Source: Mobula hypostoma (taxonomy: Eukaryota). Taken from it: a stretch of DNA of 64,000 nt. Made by a program: the position numbers and the translations under genes. Where the stretch lies: positions 20,214,001 through 20,278,000 of the forward strand of contig NC_086097.1 in the NCBI RefSeq assembly GCF_963921235.1, given 5' to 3'. The notes beneath the pieces were generated by a model. That model made no database searches and had not been told where the DNA came from. It saw nothing but the letters and a program-made list of their open reading frames with translations. Shown piece after piece: positions 12,676 to 24,713 of the stretch; the first letter of the stretch is position 1, and every line of letters begins with the position of its first letter.

Positions 12676-13025
12676 TAGAATTTTATTTTGAATGGGGGTT
12701 GTAGTGTATGGTTCTAATGTGGAGCGAGGTTTTGGTTTATTATTGTCATACGTACTGAGATACGGTGAAAAGCTTGTGTTGCATACTATCCAAGCAGATC
12801 AAATCATTGCACAGTGCACTGAGATCGAACAAGATAAAACATTAACAGAAGACAGCATGAAACCTAATAACTACAGATAAAGTACAGTGCAGGTAGAAGA
12901 TAAAGTGCAAGATCATAACAATGTAGGTTTACTGTCATAGGTATACATATACAGGACGTAAATACCATGAAAATTAGAAGATTTCATCAATGTCATAGTA
13001 TATTACAAACATAAATATAAGTTAG

Positions 13026-13989
13026 GACAAGATGGGAGAATGCGGTTGAGAGGAAAGTGACCTGGGCTGATCTTTGGAGAGCCGAACCACACCACATCCA
13101 ATTTCTCATCCAGGCAGTGTACGATGTGCTTCCAAGCCCATCAAACCTGCACACATGGGGCAAGGCAGAGTCATCTGCATGCCCACTGTGCTCCAAGCGA
13201 GGAACCCTGGAGCACATCCTCAGCAGCTGAACAAGGGCACTTGGTGAGGGACGGTACAGGTGGAGGCATGATCAGGTCCCGAAGACCATCGCTGAAGCCG
13301 TCAGCGCAGGAGTTGAGGGGGCGAAGCGGTCCCGACCCGCCAAGCAGACCATTGCCTTTGTCAGAGCTGGGGACCAGCCAATACCTGCCAAAAGAACATC
13401 TGCAGGCATTCTGACCTCTGCAAGGGACTGGCAGCTGTTGGTGGCCCTTGAAGGGCAGCTGAAGTTCCCCAACCATATCACAGCCACCACCCTGCGACCA
13501 GACATTGTCCTAGTGTCTGAGTCTACTAAGCAAGTGGTGCTGCCGGAGCTGACAGTTCCATGGGAAGATAGCTTGGAGGAGGCCTTTGAAAGGAAGCTCT
13601 CCAAGTACGCAGGACTGGTCAGCAACTATCAGCAGGCTGGATGGAGTGCGAGGTGTCTCCCAGTGGAGGTTGGTTGTAGGGGATTCATAGCCCGTTCTTT
13701 AGTTAGAGCCTTCAGCATTTTGGGCATCGAGGGAGAGAGGAAAAGGAGAGCCATCCACAGTACCACCGATGCGGCAGAGAGGGCCTCAAGATGGCTGTGG
13801 CTCAAAAGAGGGGAGCCATGGAGTCATAAGTAGCTAGCCATCTGGACACAAGCTGGGGTCTGATCAGCCCCGGCTGGGTCACCTGGAGGAGGTTGTATGA
13901 TGTTGAAAGACCCGAAACACCTGATGATTCCAGGAACATCACTGAAGATGTGTCCAGAAGCATCAATAGATGTATGTACACAGCAGTAC
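13026..13989 (+). mobile_element. 5'-truncated RLE-encoding non-LTR retrotransposon (HERO-like, R2 superfamily)
   Basis: One reading frame with zinc knuckle CPLC...LEHILSS*, RYRWRHDQV and restriction-like nuclease RPDIVL...ELTVPWE...K..KY; only one stop (TGA 13228); possible GTTAG TSD (13021-13025, 13990-13994). Confidence 0.8.
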
Positions 13990-14044
13990 GTTAGCTTAAA
14001 TTTATGTAATTTATACATAACTGACATGACAAAATAAAGGTAAG

Positions 14045-14360
14045 ATTAACTTTATCTTGAAGGAAATTGTTGTTGCAAGGTTTCTCAGTCAGAAATATAT
14101 ACCTTAAACCACAAAAAACAAAACATTGAGGTGCAAAAATACAAAATGTGCATTAAAAAGTAATACTGCAAAATACAGATGATTGCAATGATGAATCCAT
14201 GCACCTATATACTTAAGGAGAAGTTGTAGAGTCTTATAGCAACAGGGAGAAAGGATCTCCTGTGGCGTTCAGTGGTGCACCTCAGTGGAATCAGCCTGTC
14301 ACTGAATGTGCTCCTCTGTTTGTCCAGTATCAGTAAGGGGGTGAGAGAGATTGTCCATAA
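14045..14360 (-). mobile_element. Rex1/Babar-type LINE 3' end
   Basis: Minus strand encodes STFSDRLIPLRCTTERHRRSFLPVAIRLYN, same C-terminus as the 2212 element. Confidence 0.7.
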
Positions 14361-14867
14361 TGCTCTGTAGTTTTCACCTTCCTGAAGTCACCACCAACTC
14401 CTTTGCAAGATTTAACCTTAATTCAAAATTAAGTTCAAAAATAATGATACCTTATTCACTTGTTTACATCATCCTCTTAAATACATGTCTGTTAAATTTG
14501 TCAAATCTGGAAGAATTCAGTTTTACAAAACACTTGGAAATGGATTGAAAGGAACTAATCTGTGAGGCCATGGAGAAACGTTGGTCTAAATTGGACAGTT
14601 TTTTTTTCAAAAAAACAGCAAAGGCATAATAAAGAAAATGGCTTTTTTCGTTCCATAACACTAAATACCATGTCTCTAATATGTTTTACCTACAATGATT
14701 TTGTTGTTTGATTGCCAGTTCTTGCTATGTTGATTACACACTGAAGAGGAGTGCATACCTGTGTTTTTAAGGGTTATTGTTTTATACAGCATATAAATTT
14801 AACCTTGGAAAAATTGCTCATTTAAATCAATACTCTGGTCAAACCGTGCATGAAAACTCACACATAG

Positions 14868-14980
14868 AGCAGGGAGGGAGAGGGGAAGAGAGGGAGAGAG
14901 GAAGGAGAGGAATTGGGGAGAGTGAGTGGGGGAAAAGGGGGGTGAGAGAGAGAGAGAGCGAGAATGGGGGGGAGGGATAG
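14868..14980 (+). repeat. Polypurine (GA/GGA-rich) tract
   Basis: About 110 nt almost entirely G/A with several G runs. Confidence 0.8.
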
Positions 14981-15109
14981 CAATACACTATCTCAAAGAA
15001 CACGACATTTCTCTCTGTTTTTCTGGGTAATATTCATATCTCAACCCACTGCCAGAGTAAATCATCTGTTTGATTATCTCTTTGCTATTTACATCCTCAC
15101 AGTACTGAA

Positions 15110-15260
15110 AACTTAGATTCGATCCTGATCTTGGGTGCTCTCGACATGGAGTTTGTATATTTTCTCTGCAACCATGTGGATTTCCTCTGGGTGCCCCAGT
15201 TTTCTCCCACACCTCAAAAATGTGCTGGGACTTAATTTGAAACTGTAAGTTACCCTCTAG
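15110..15260 (+). mobile_element. V-domain SINE fragment
   Basis: B-box-like GATTCGATCC then GGAGTTTG...GTGGATTTCCTCTGGGTGCCCCAGTTTTCTCCCAC. Confidence 0.6.
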
Positions 15261-16164
15261 GACAGAGTGCCAGAAAGAAAGAAAAGATTATGGGTCTGTG
15301 AGGGAGAATAAGTTATGAGGCTACAAGGGAAAAAGGAAGAGAGGGAGAAGAGCTGATGGAATTGCTGCACTGGCGGCTGACCTCTCACCAGTCCTATGGT
15401 GGCACTAATACACAGGGTCGGATAAAGCTGCAGAGGGTTGTAAACTCAGACAGCTCCATCATGGGTACCAGCCTCCCCAGCAACCAGGACATCTTCAAGG
15501 AGCAGTGTCTCAAAAAGGTGACATCCATTTTAAGGACCCCCACCACCCAAGACTTGCCCTCTTCTCATTGCCATCATCAAAGAGTAAGTACAGGAGCCTG
15601 AAGACTAAACCTTTTAGGGAACAGCCTTTTCCCCTCCGCCATCAGATCTTCGAATGGCCCATGAACACACCACCTCGCTATCTTGCACCATTTATTTATA
15701 TTTTCTTAAGTTGACTCTTCTAGTACTTTTTATGTCTTGCACTTCTCGTCTGATTCTGACAAGGACTAGATGGGCCTCCTGTGTTATAACAAATGGTGAC
15801 CATGTTTTTATTTATTGATTTATTGGAATCTGAGCAACACCAAAAGGCTAGCGTTTTTTGCCCATGACTTGAGAAGGTGCTGGTGAGATTCATTATTGAT
15901 TTACTACACTCAATTTTCTGAAAGTGCTCACGCAATACTGCTGAGGACAAAGTTTCCAGAATTTAGACTCATTATCAATGACAAGAGAGATTAGCTTTAT
16001 TTGTCACAGGAAAATGATAAAGTGAAATGTGTCAAATCAAATTAGTACCTCTATCTGGTGGCAACAATTTACTAACCCTAACCCATACATTGGCACGGTA
16101 GTGTAATGGTTAGCACAACACTTTGCAATACAGGTGACCCAGGTTCAATTCCAGCAGATGCAGG

Positions 16165-18373
16165 AATGATGGCAGAGCAGAGATGGCTGAAGTTTCTGGG
16201 AATAGTTCACAAGGTGTAGGATAGATACAGAAGAAGTTGTTCTCAAATGGCAGGGATAGGCAACCGTGACTGACAAGGCAAGTTAACGACTGCATAAAAA
16301 TCAAGGAAAAGGTATATAAGGTTGCAAAAGTGAGTAGGAAGTTGGATGATTGAGAAGCTTTTAAAATCCAACAAAAGGCAACTAAAAAAGTCATAAGAAG
16401 GAGAAAGATGAAATATGAGGGCAAACTAGCCTATAATATAAAGCAGGATACTAAAAGTTATTTTCAGTTATATAAAGAGTAAAAGGGAGGTGAGAGTTTT
16501 ATATTGGACCACTGGAAAATGATGCTGGTGCGGTAGTAATGGAGGACAAAGAAATGGCAGATGAAGTTAATGAGTACCTTGCGTCAGCCTTAACTGTGGA
16601 AGACACTAGCAGTGTGCCAGAGGTCTGTGAGTGTCATCGCTATTACAAAGGAAAAAGTTCTAGGCAAACTCAAAGGTCTTGGACCAGATGGACTACATCT
16701 CAGAGTCCTGACAGCTGTTGCTGGAGATATAACAGATGCATTGGTCATGATCTTTCAAGAATCACTTGATTCTGGCATGATCCTGAAGGACTGGAAGATT
16801 GCAAATGTCACACCACCCTTTAAGAAGGGAGGAATTCAAAAGAAAGGAAATTATAGGCCAGTTAACCTAACCTCTGTGGTTGGGAAAGTGTTGGAGTCTA
16901 TTATTAAGGATGAAGTTTCAGGGTACTTGGAGACTAATGATAAAATAAGTCTAAGTCAGCATGGTTTCTGTAAAGAGAAATCTTGCCTGACAAATCGATT
17001 AGAGTTCTTCAAGGAAGTAACAAGTAGGTCAGACAAAGGAGAGGCAGTGGATGTCATTTACTTGGATTTTCAGAAGGCATTTGATAAGGTGCCACACCTG
17101 AGGCTGTTTAAGAAGATAAAATCCTATGGTGTTACAGGAAAGATACTGGCATGGATAGAGAAATGGCTGACAGGCAGGAGACAATGAGTGGGAATAAAGG
17201 GGGGCTTTTCTGGTTGGCTGCCAGTGACTAGTTGTGTTCCTCAGGGATCACTATTGGGACTGCTGCTTTTCACATTTTCAGTGATTTAGATAATGTGATC
17301 GATGGCTTTATGGCAAAAGTTCGTGGATGATATGAAGATAGGTGGAGGTGTAGATAGTGCTGAGGAAGCAATGTGATTGCAACAGGACTTAGACAAATTG
17401 AAAGAATGGACAAAAAGATGGCAGATGGAATACATTGTTGTGAAATTTACGACAAAGCATTTTGGTAAAAGGAACAATAGTGCAGGCTCTTACCTAAATG
17501 GGGAGAAGGTTCAAACATCAGAGGTGCAGAGGGACTTAGGAGTTCTTATACAAGACTCCCAGAAGGTTAATTTTCTATTTATGGTTATATTACTATTTAC
17601 TATTTATGGTGCAACTGTAACGAAAACCAATTTCCCCCGGGATCAATAAAGTATGACTATGACTATTTACAGGTTGAGTCTGTGGTGAAGGCGGCAAATG
17701 CAATGTTGGCATTTATTTCAAGGAGAATAGAATATAAAAGCAAGGAGATAATGCTGAGGCTTTATAAGACATGAGACAGGCTGCACCAGAGTATTATCAA
17801 CAATTTTGGACCGTGTATCTCAGAAAGGATGTGTTGTCATTGGAAAGAGTCCAGATGAGGTCCACAAGGATTATTCTGGGAATGAAGGGGTTAATATACG
17901 AGGAGCATTTAGCAGCTTTGGGCCTATACTCACTGGAATTTAGAAGAATGTGTGTGTGTATGTATGTGTCGGGTGGGGGTGGGGGGAATCATATTGAAAC
18001 CCACCAAGTGTTGAGAGGATTAGATAAGGTGGATGTGAAGAGGATGCATCCTATGGTGGGGGTATCCAGAACTAGAGGGCACAGCCTCAAAAACAGAGGG
18101 AGGGGACGACTTTTTAGAACAGAGATAAGGAAATTTTTTTAGCCAGAGACAAGTGAATCTGTGGAATGCTCTGCCACAGACTGTGGTGGAGGCCAAGTCC
18201 TTGGGTATATTGGAGGCAGAAGTTGATAGTTTCCTGATCAGTCAGGGCATCAAAGGATATGGTGAGAAGGCAGGAGTATGGGGTTGAGTGGGATCCAGGG
18301 TCAGCCATGATGGAATGGGGAGAAGATTCGATGGGCTGAACGGCCTAATTTGCTCCCGTGTTTTATGGTCTTA
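16165..18373 (+). mobile_element. Degraded CR1 LINE ORF2 and 3' UTR with a short Rex1-type tail inserted at about 17572-17666
   Basis: GPDG.H.RVL, DWKIANVTP.FKKG, NYRPV.LTSVVGK, QHGF, YLDFQKAFDKVPH motifs with stops and frameshifts. Confidence 0.88.
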
Positions 18374-18519
18374 TTTCAGATTGCACGACAACCGTTGGGT
18401 TACTCTGTTATTTTTTGGGCTCATCTTTGTGTTCAACCTTACATAATGTTTACTTTGTGAGCTTCAGGAAAACAAGGATTTTCATTATCGTGATAATAAA
18501 CTAATCCAATTTTATCTAA

Positions 18520-18742
18520 CGCTATTACAACTGGGGCCGTTTCGGAATTCGGAGTTCAATTCCAGCGCCTTTATCACTTTCTCCCCGTGGGTTTCCTTCC
18601 ACATTCCAAAGACATACCAGTTAGTAGGCTAAGCGGTCATTGTAAATTGTTCCGTGATTAGTCTCGTGTTAAATGGGTGGATTGCTGGACTCGTTGGGCC
18701 ATATGGCCTGTTCAGCGCGGTGTCTCTTAATAAAAATAAAAG
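18520..18742 (+). mobile_element. V-domain SINE (internally deleted)
   Basis: GGAGTTCAATTCC B-box, CTCCCCGTGGGTTTCC...CATTCCAAAGAC, AATAAA-like tail. Confidence 0.55.
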
Positions 18743-19099
18743 GCTACTTAACCTACTTAGTATTTACTGTTCAGATTTCAGATTTTCAGTTTCTGCAGTT
18801 GGATTAATCATCCCAAATAAACATTTTGCTAATCCCGTTCACACCTCAACAAATACACTGTTGTTTCTTTTTTTGTGTCTCATTGTAATCCTCTTTTACC
18901 TTGCTGGATTATTTCTTTTGACAGGTAATCTCTTCTGCCACCCATTTCAATCATTATCTCTTCCCTTTAAAATCAATGATCCTTAAAGTTATGTTTAATT
19001 TTTCACGGTTGGTGGTATGAGCAGCAATTTACCTTTACAAACTCACAGGACAATTACAGTATACTCCGAACATCGTGAATTACGAATCGCATAGGGATT

Positions 19100-19227
19100 A
19101 GGCGGGGTTACTCTAAAACTGACATCTAACTTGTCCAATCAGCGATTGCCGCTGCACCATTATCCTCCAATCAGTTTAGCAGTGCTTGGGTTCGGACTCC
19201 GTGGCCCACTGGCCTGGTGCCTGAAAG
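19100..19227 (+). promoter_or_regulatory. FAM161B promoter and 5' UTR in a CpG island
   Basis: GC-box-like AGGCGGGG near 19100; two CCAATCAG boxes near 19135 and 19167; CpG-dense region about 19190-19600. Confidence 0.6.
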
Positions 19228-19353
19228 ATGCCCGGGTCTCTCGGCACCGCGTTCTCCACGGACACCCCTCTGGAAAGGCATCCCCGACGCCAGGATTGGC
19301 CGCCTGACTCGGGGCAAACGGAGTTCTCGGTAGGAGATGGCGGGTGGCTTGAG
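19228..19353 (+). CDS. FAM161B: FAM161B probable first coding exon
   Basis: ATG at 19228 opens 42 stop-free codons (MPGSLGTAFSTDTPLERHPRRQDWPPDSGQTEFSVGDGGWLE) ending at a strong GAG|GTGAGT donor in phase 0, matching the phase-0 acceptor at 27606; no homology support visible for this peptide. Confidence 0.65.
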
Positions 19354-19544
19354 GTGAGTGGGGCGTCTGGCCGGGAGACGATCTAATGCGCTTTGGGCCT
19401 CGGGGGTTCTGGAGCGGAGTTAAACCCGTTACGAGCCTCCACTAAGCGGCATCGCCCGCCGACTGCCGGGCAACGCTGGGCGCCGGCAGTTCGCTCTGGC
19501 TTTACCTACTCGGCCGCCCGCCGCCGCCGCCGCCGCCGTTCCCG

Positions 19545-19558
19545 GTTGCTATGGTAAC
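19545..19558. promoter_or_regulatory. RFX X-box motif
   Basis: GTTGCTATGGTAAC fits the palindromic X-box consensus GTYNCY-AT-RGNAAC; preceded by a GCC repeat in the CpG island. Confidence 0.7.
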
Positions 19559-20637
19559 AGCGTCACGGCTCCGCTGGTTCGGTTGGGACCGGAGAGTGTG
19601 TACAGGCAACCGGCTACACCTGTCTCCAGTGCTACAACGCACGCAGCTCCCTAGAAATCTTCACCCCGTGGGTTGTGCAGACCAACTCTTCGATTATATT
19701 CAAAACGGAGATGGACAATTCTGGATGCCACTGGGTTGCTACAAATAGCGGAAATATTGTGTACAATTTTGATCTCATGGAGTCATAGAATACAGGCCTC
19801 TCATCTCCGATTATCTGGACTCTGACAACATTCATTCGTTCCTGAATCACACTTAATCTATCTGTGCTGAAAATTCGGATTACATTTGACAATTTTTGTA
19901 AATATTGATGCAATAGAAACTTTGTGCGCTTCTCAATTGCGTTATTTGCATATGTAAACACTATTCACAATACCTTTTCCAGCTGTTAATAATCAATAAA
20001 ATTATGGTTAATGGCTAATAGTAACTTAGATTTGAAGTTCAAAGTAAATGTATTATCACCATATGTACTTGTCATCATATACAAACCCAGAGATTTGTTT
20101 TCTTGCAGCTACTACTACACTGCTACGTCGACTCAGGCTTAGGGGGCCGGCGTCTTGCAGCCATACTCAGTAAATCCAAGAAACATAACAGAATCAATGA
20201 AAGACAACACCCAACAAGACAGACAAACAATATGTAAAAGACAATAAAAAGAAATAATAAATAAATAAGCAACAAATGTTTATATCATGAGAGGAAGAGC
20301 CCTTGAAAGTGAGTCCATTGGTTGTGGGAACAGTTCAGTGATGGGTGACTGAAGTTATCCTCACTGGTTCAAGAGCCTGATGGTTGAGGGGCAATAACAG
20401 TTCCTGAATATGGTGGAATGAGTCGATGATCCATCATTTGCTTCCTTGTATTGACTTAGCACTGTATGTCTGATGATCTTGGATTCCAGGCATGAACAAA
20501 AGGCTGTGTAAAATGGAGATAGGTAATCAGAATCAGGTTTATTATCACTGGCATGTGACATGAAATTTTATGTTAACTTAGCAGCAGCAGCACAATGCAA
20601 TACATAGTATAGAAGGGAAAAAAAACAAAATATAATA

Positions 20638-23443
20638 CACCCTATCCTCGTTATATGCGAGGGATACATTCCTCGAAGTTGACACATAATGTGAAATTGC
20701 ATACTATGAATAATTATTTAAATGGAGAAAATAGGGATGTGTTCCAGAGGGCTTCCTAAATATGTTATATCTGTAATTTATTCACATTTTCATACCAATA
20801 CAACACAAAAGCAGTACTACAAGACAACATTTGTATTATATTTAATCAATTTAAGGTAATAAATCATAGAAAGTTAACATCCTCTGGTGTACAGTACTCA
20901 CCAACAGAGAAACCATAGAAACTACAGCACAGAAATAGGCTTTTTGGCCCTTGGCTGTGCCAAACCATTTTCTGCCTAGTCCCACTGACCTGCACACAGA
21001 CCATATCCCTCCATACACCTCCCATCCATGTATCTGTCCAATTTATTCTTAAATGTTAAAAAAGAACCCGTATTTACCACCTCGTCTGGCAGCTCATTCC
21101 ATACTGCCACCACTCTCTGTGTGAAGAAGCACCCCCCCCAATATTCCCTTTAAACTTTTCCCCCCTCACCCTAAACCCATGTCCTCTGGTTTTTTTCTCC
21201 CCTTGCCTCAGTGGAAAAAGCCTGCTTACATTCACTCTATCTATACCCATCATAATTTTATATACCTCTATCAAATCTCCCCTCATTCTTCTACGCTCCA
21301 GGGAATAAAGTCCCAACCTATTCAACCTTTCTCTGTAACTGAGTTTCTCAAGTCCCGACAACATCCTTGTAAACCTTCTCTGCACTCTTTCAACCTTATT
21401 TATATCCTTCCTGTAATTTGGTGACCAAAACTGAACACAATACTCCAGATTCGGCCTCACCAATGCCTTATACAACCTCATCATAACATTCCAGCTCTTA
21501 TACTCAATACTCTGATTAATAAAGGCCAATGTACCAAAAGCTCTCTTTACGACCCTATCTACCTGTGACGCCACTTTTAGGGAATTTTGTATCTGTATTC
21601 CCTGATCCCTCTGTTCCACTGCACTCCTCAGTGCCTTACCATTAACCCTGTATGTTCCACGTTGGTTTGTCCTTCCAACGTGCAATACCTCACACTTGTC
21701 AGTATTAAACTCCATCTGCCATTTTTTAGCCCATTTTTCCAGCTGGTCCAAGTCCCTTTGCAGGCTCTGAAAACCTTCCTCACTGTCTACTACACTTCCA
21801 ATCTTTGTATCATCAGCAAACTTGCTGATCCAATTTACCACATTATCATCCAGATCATTGATATAGATGACAAATAACAATGGACCCAGCACTGATCCCT
21901 GTGGCACACCACTAGTCACAGGCCTCCACTCAGAGAAGCAATTCTCTACCACCACTCTCTGGCTTCTTCCATCGAGCCAATGTCTAATCCAATTTACCAC
22001 CTCTCCATGTATACCTAGCGACTGAATTTTCCTAACTAACCTCCCATGCGGGACCTTGTCAAAGGCCTTACTGAAGTCCATGTGGACAATATCCACTGCC
22101 TTCCCTTCATCCACTTTCCTGGTAACCTCCTCGAAAAACTCCAGTAGATTGGTCAAACATGACCTACCATGCACAAAGCCATGTTGACTTTCCCTAATAA
22201 GTCCCAGTCTATCCAAATGCTTGTAGATTCTGTCTCTTAGTACTCCCTCCAATAACTTACCTACTACCGACGTTAAACTTACTGGCCTATAATTTCCTGG
22301 ATTACTTTTCGATCCTTTTGTAAACAACGGAACGACATGAGCCACTCTCCAATCCTCCGGCACCTCACCTGTAGACAGCGACATTTTGTGGCAGGTGTGA
22401 TCACTCTGGGAGATGAGTGGTTGTTGTGGTGTCGGGCAGCTTTACGTGGATAAGGTGGATGGTTGTAGTCGTCAGGATAATATCAAGCACAGCAAGGGGT
22501 GAAGGAAGACTCACAGAACTCTTAGAATTGCCGGCAGCAGAAGGTTACAGTGATTTGCATAAAGTGGTGAGGGTTGTTTGCTTGGCAGCATTTTGTTTTT
22601 CAGCATAAATTTGCTTGTAGGGAAGAAGGGTTGACGGCAGGGAACAACTGAAATGCTGACTCCGTTCTAAACTTGGGCCCATGTCCATTGCCATTTGTGC
22701 CAAGTGTTCCGACTTCCACCATTCCCTCACTGTTGGTAAACTCCCGGGATTTTCAAAATCGTCTGTTGCTTGCAGCATCTGAGAGATAGTTCCCCGAAAA
22801 ATAAAACATACACCTTGAATGTGGATCACACCGTTCAAGTGGTTGAATCAGCGATGTTGTGTTAGGCGGTGGGAAACGCACTGTTATGTTAGGATGAATG
22901 CTGTCCAAATGTTTAGGATAGGCTGGCGCATTGTCAAGCAATAAAAGAACTTTAAAGGCAAGATTCTGTTCCTGGCAGTAGCATCCCAGAGCTGTGTTAC
23001 CTTCAGCTGATGCTGCGCTGTTTATAATTTCCAACTTTTTTTCAAGTGTTAAAGCAGTTCTCTGCTGCTCTGCTGACAGTCCAAGACATGACATCGGACA
23101 CTTAGGAGGCATAGTTAAATATTTCAAGCATAAAATCACTGCACTGTAGCTAAAACCAACAAAAGTTTAAGATCGTGCATCCACACCTTGTCAAAACCAA
23201 TGCGAGAGTGGTGGGAGTGAAATTGTGAGGTGCGCGCACCTGACTTGAATTGGTGGGAAAGTGGTGCTTCTCGTCCCAACAGTGAGACTGTGAAGCACGC
23301 GCACGTGACTTGTATTGGCAGGAAGGCAGTGCTCCTCGCATAACTGTGAATTTTGGACACATATAACGAGACGTTGGTAGAAATAGGTTCCTCGCATAAC
23401 TGAATTCGCATAGTCTGAAGACACATATAACGAGGATAGGGTG
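20638..23443 (-). mobile_element. Internally deleted pogo/Tigger-type DNA transposon containing a CR1 insertion
   Basis: Perfect 20 bp TIR CACCCTATCCTCGTTATATG at both ends, TA TSD; minus-strand LTLEKKLEII (HTH) and KVLLLLDNAPA.P...PPNTTSLIQP (DDE_1-type) peptides. Confidence 0.88.
20908..22386 (-). mobile_element. Young CR1 LINE (RT domain to 3' tail)
   Basis: 436 aa ORF with NYRPVSLTSVVGK, DFSKAFDKVPH, SGVPQGSVLGP and KFADDTK; tail TTTCTATGGTTTCT. Confidence 0.93.
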
Positions 23444-23759
23444 TAATAAATAAATCAATTGCAATATATGTATATTGAGTAGATTAGAAATCATGCAAAA
23501 ACAAAAAATATATTAAAAAGTGAGGTAGTGTTCTACTTGTGTGACTGTACAATGTCTGCACACTTTCTCAGTTAGCACATCATCCTAACCCTTGACTTGC
23601 TGCAACTTCCAAAGACTCTTCTGCTCAAATGGTCTACACCGAGCACAGGATCCTCCCTGCTTGCTCGTGTTCAGCCCATAACACTCTAAGCTCTTCCTCT
23701 TCAATGTGGCAGTTGTAACATCTGAAAGGTGGAGTTGGCTGTCTTAAACTATATTCAAC

Positions 23760-24105
23760 AAGCAATCTACTACCGGAAATCAGCAGACCGGCAGCATCCG
23801 TGAGGGAAATGAACAGTTGGCATTTTGGTCAAGTCCTTTCAACTAGTCCAGATGAAGGGTCTTGTCTTTAAACATCGACTATAACAAACAACCTACTGTA
23901 GGAAATCAGTGAACAGGCAGCATCTGTGAAGGGAAACGGACAGTTGATGTTTCGCGTCAACACCCTTCGCTAGTCTGGAAGAAGGGTCTCAACTTTAAAC
24001 ATCAATTGTCCATTTTCCTCTACAGATGCTGTCCGGCCTACTGATTTCCACCAGCTAATTGTTTGTTGCTTCAGATACCAGTATCTGTAGACTCTTGCAT
24101 CTCCG
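23760..24105. mobile_element. Two adjacent degraded Penelope-derived foldback elements with decayed hammerhead-like cores
   Basis: CAGCATC...CAGTTG arms and ..GATGAAGGGTC...AAACATCGAC-type cores near 23850 and 23945-24005. Confidence 0.55.
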
Positions 24106-24631
24106 TTAAAGCACAGGATGTTTTGTTGCTCAGTCTCTCCCTGATATTTGGGGATAATCTGAAATAATTCCTCCAAAGAACATGCAAATATGCAGAAGAG
24201 CATAAAAAGCAGTTGTAGACAATTTGACCCTTCAAACAAGTTCATGTCTAATCATTCACTACCTCAATTCTCATATCACTTGAGTATTTTTATATTCAGA
24301 TATCTGTCTCTCTATTTTGAATGTTTAAACCGCTACAATCTTAATGGATAAAGAACTCTTGATACTCACTGCCTTCCAAGTGAAGACCGTACCTTTATCA
24401 GTCCTTAACGTCTGGTCTCCTACTTTCAGACTGTGACCCTCTTATTCTAGACTCCTTAACCATGGTAGGCCTCCTCCCTGTATCAAACTTGGTGAGCTTT
24501 GTGAGAATTGTATTGAAGTCATCTATCATTTTAACCTCTGGGGAACAGAGGCCGAGCCTGCTCATTCTGTCCTCGTACATGAGATCCTCTAACCCAGGAA
24601 CCAGTCTGGAGAAGCTTTGCTAAATTCCCTC

Positions 24632-24713
24632 CAGGGGTTCCTAACCTGGGCTCCACAGATCCCACAGTCAATCCTAGGGATCCATGGCATTAAAAAAATG
24701 TTGGGAACCCCTG
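24632..24713. mobile_element. About 80 bp hAT-type MITE
   Basis: TIR CAGGGGTTCC(T/C)AAC ... GTTGGGAACCCCTG; related to the 25312 copy; TSD not recognisable. Confidence 0.7.

Noticed and set aside
13900..13930. CTGATGA and GAAAC words in the HERO-like 3' UTR as a hammerhead
   Set aside because: No stem II plus GAAA follows the CTGATGA; the topology does not fit
16092..16155. tRNA-like sequence with A and B boxes
   Set aside because: No acceptor stem or full cloverleaf; it is the head of a tRNA-derived SINE
19551..19748. 65 aa ORF starting inside the X-box
   Set aside because: The ATG is part of the motif; no homology or convincing splice donor
21074..22384. 436 aa reverse transcriptase ORF as a domesticated gene or active element
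   Set aside because: 5'-truncated CR1 lacking endonuclease, with a frameshift near the C-terminus and a near-identical sibling at 48744
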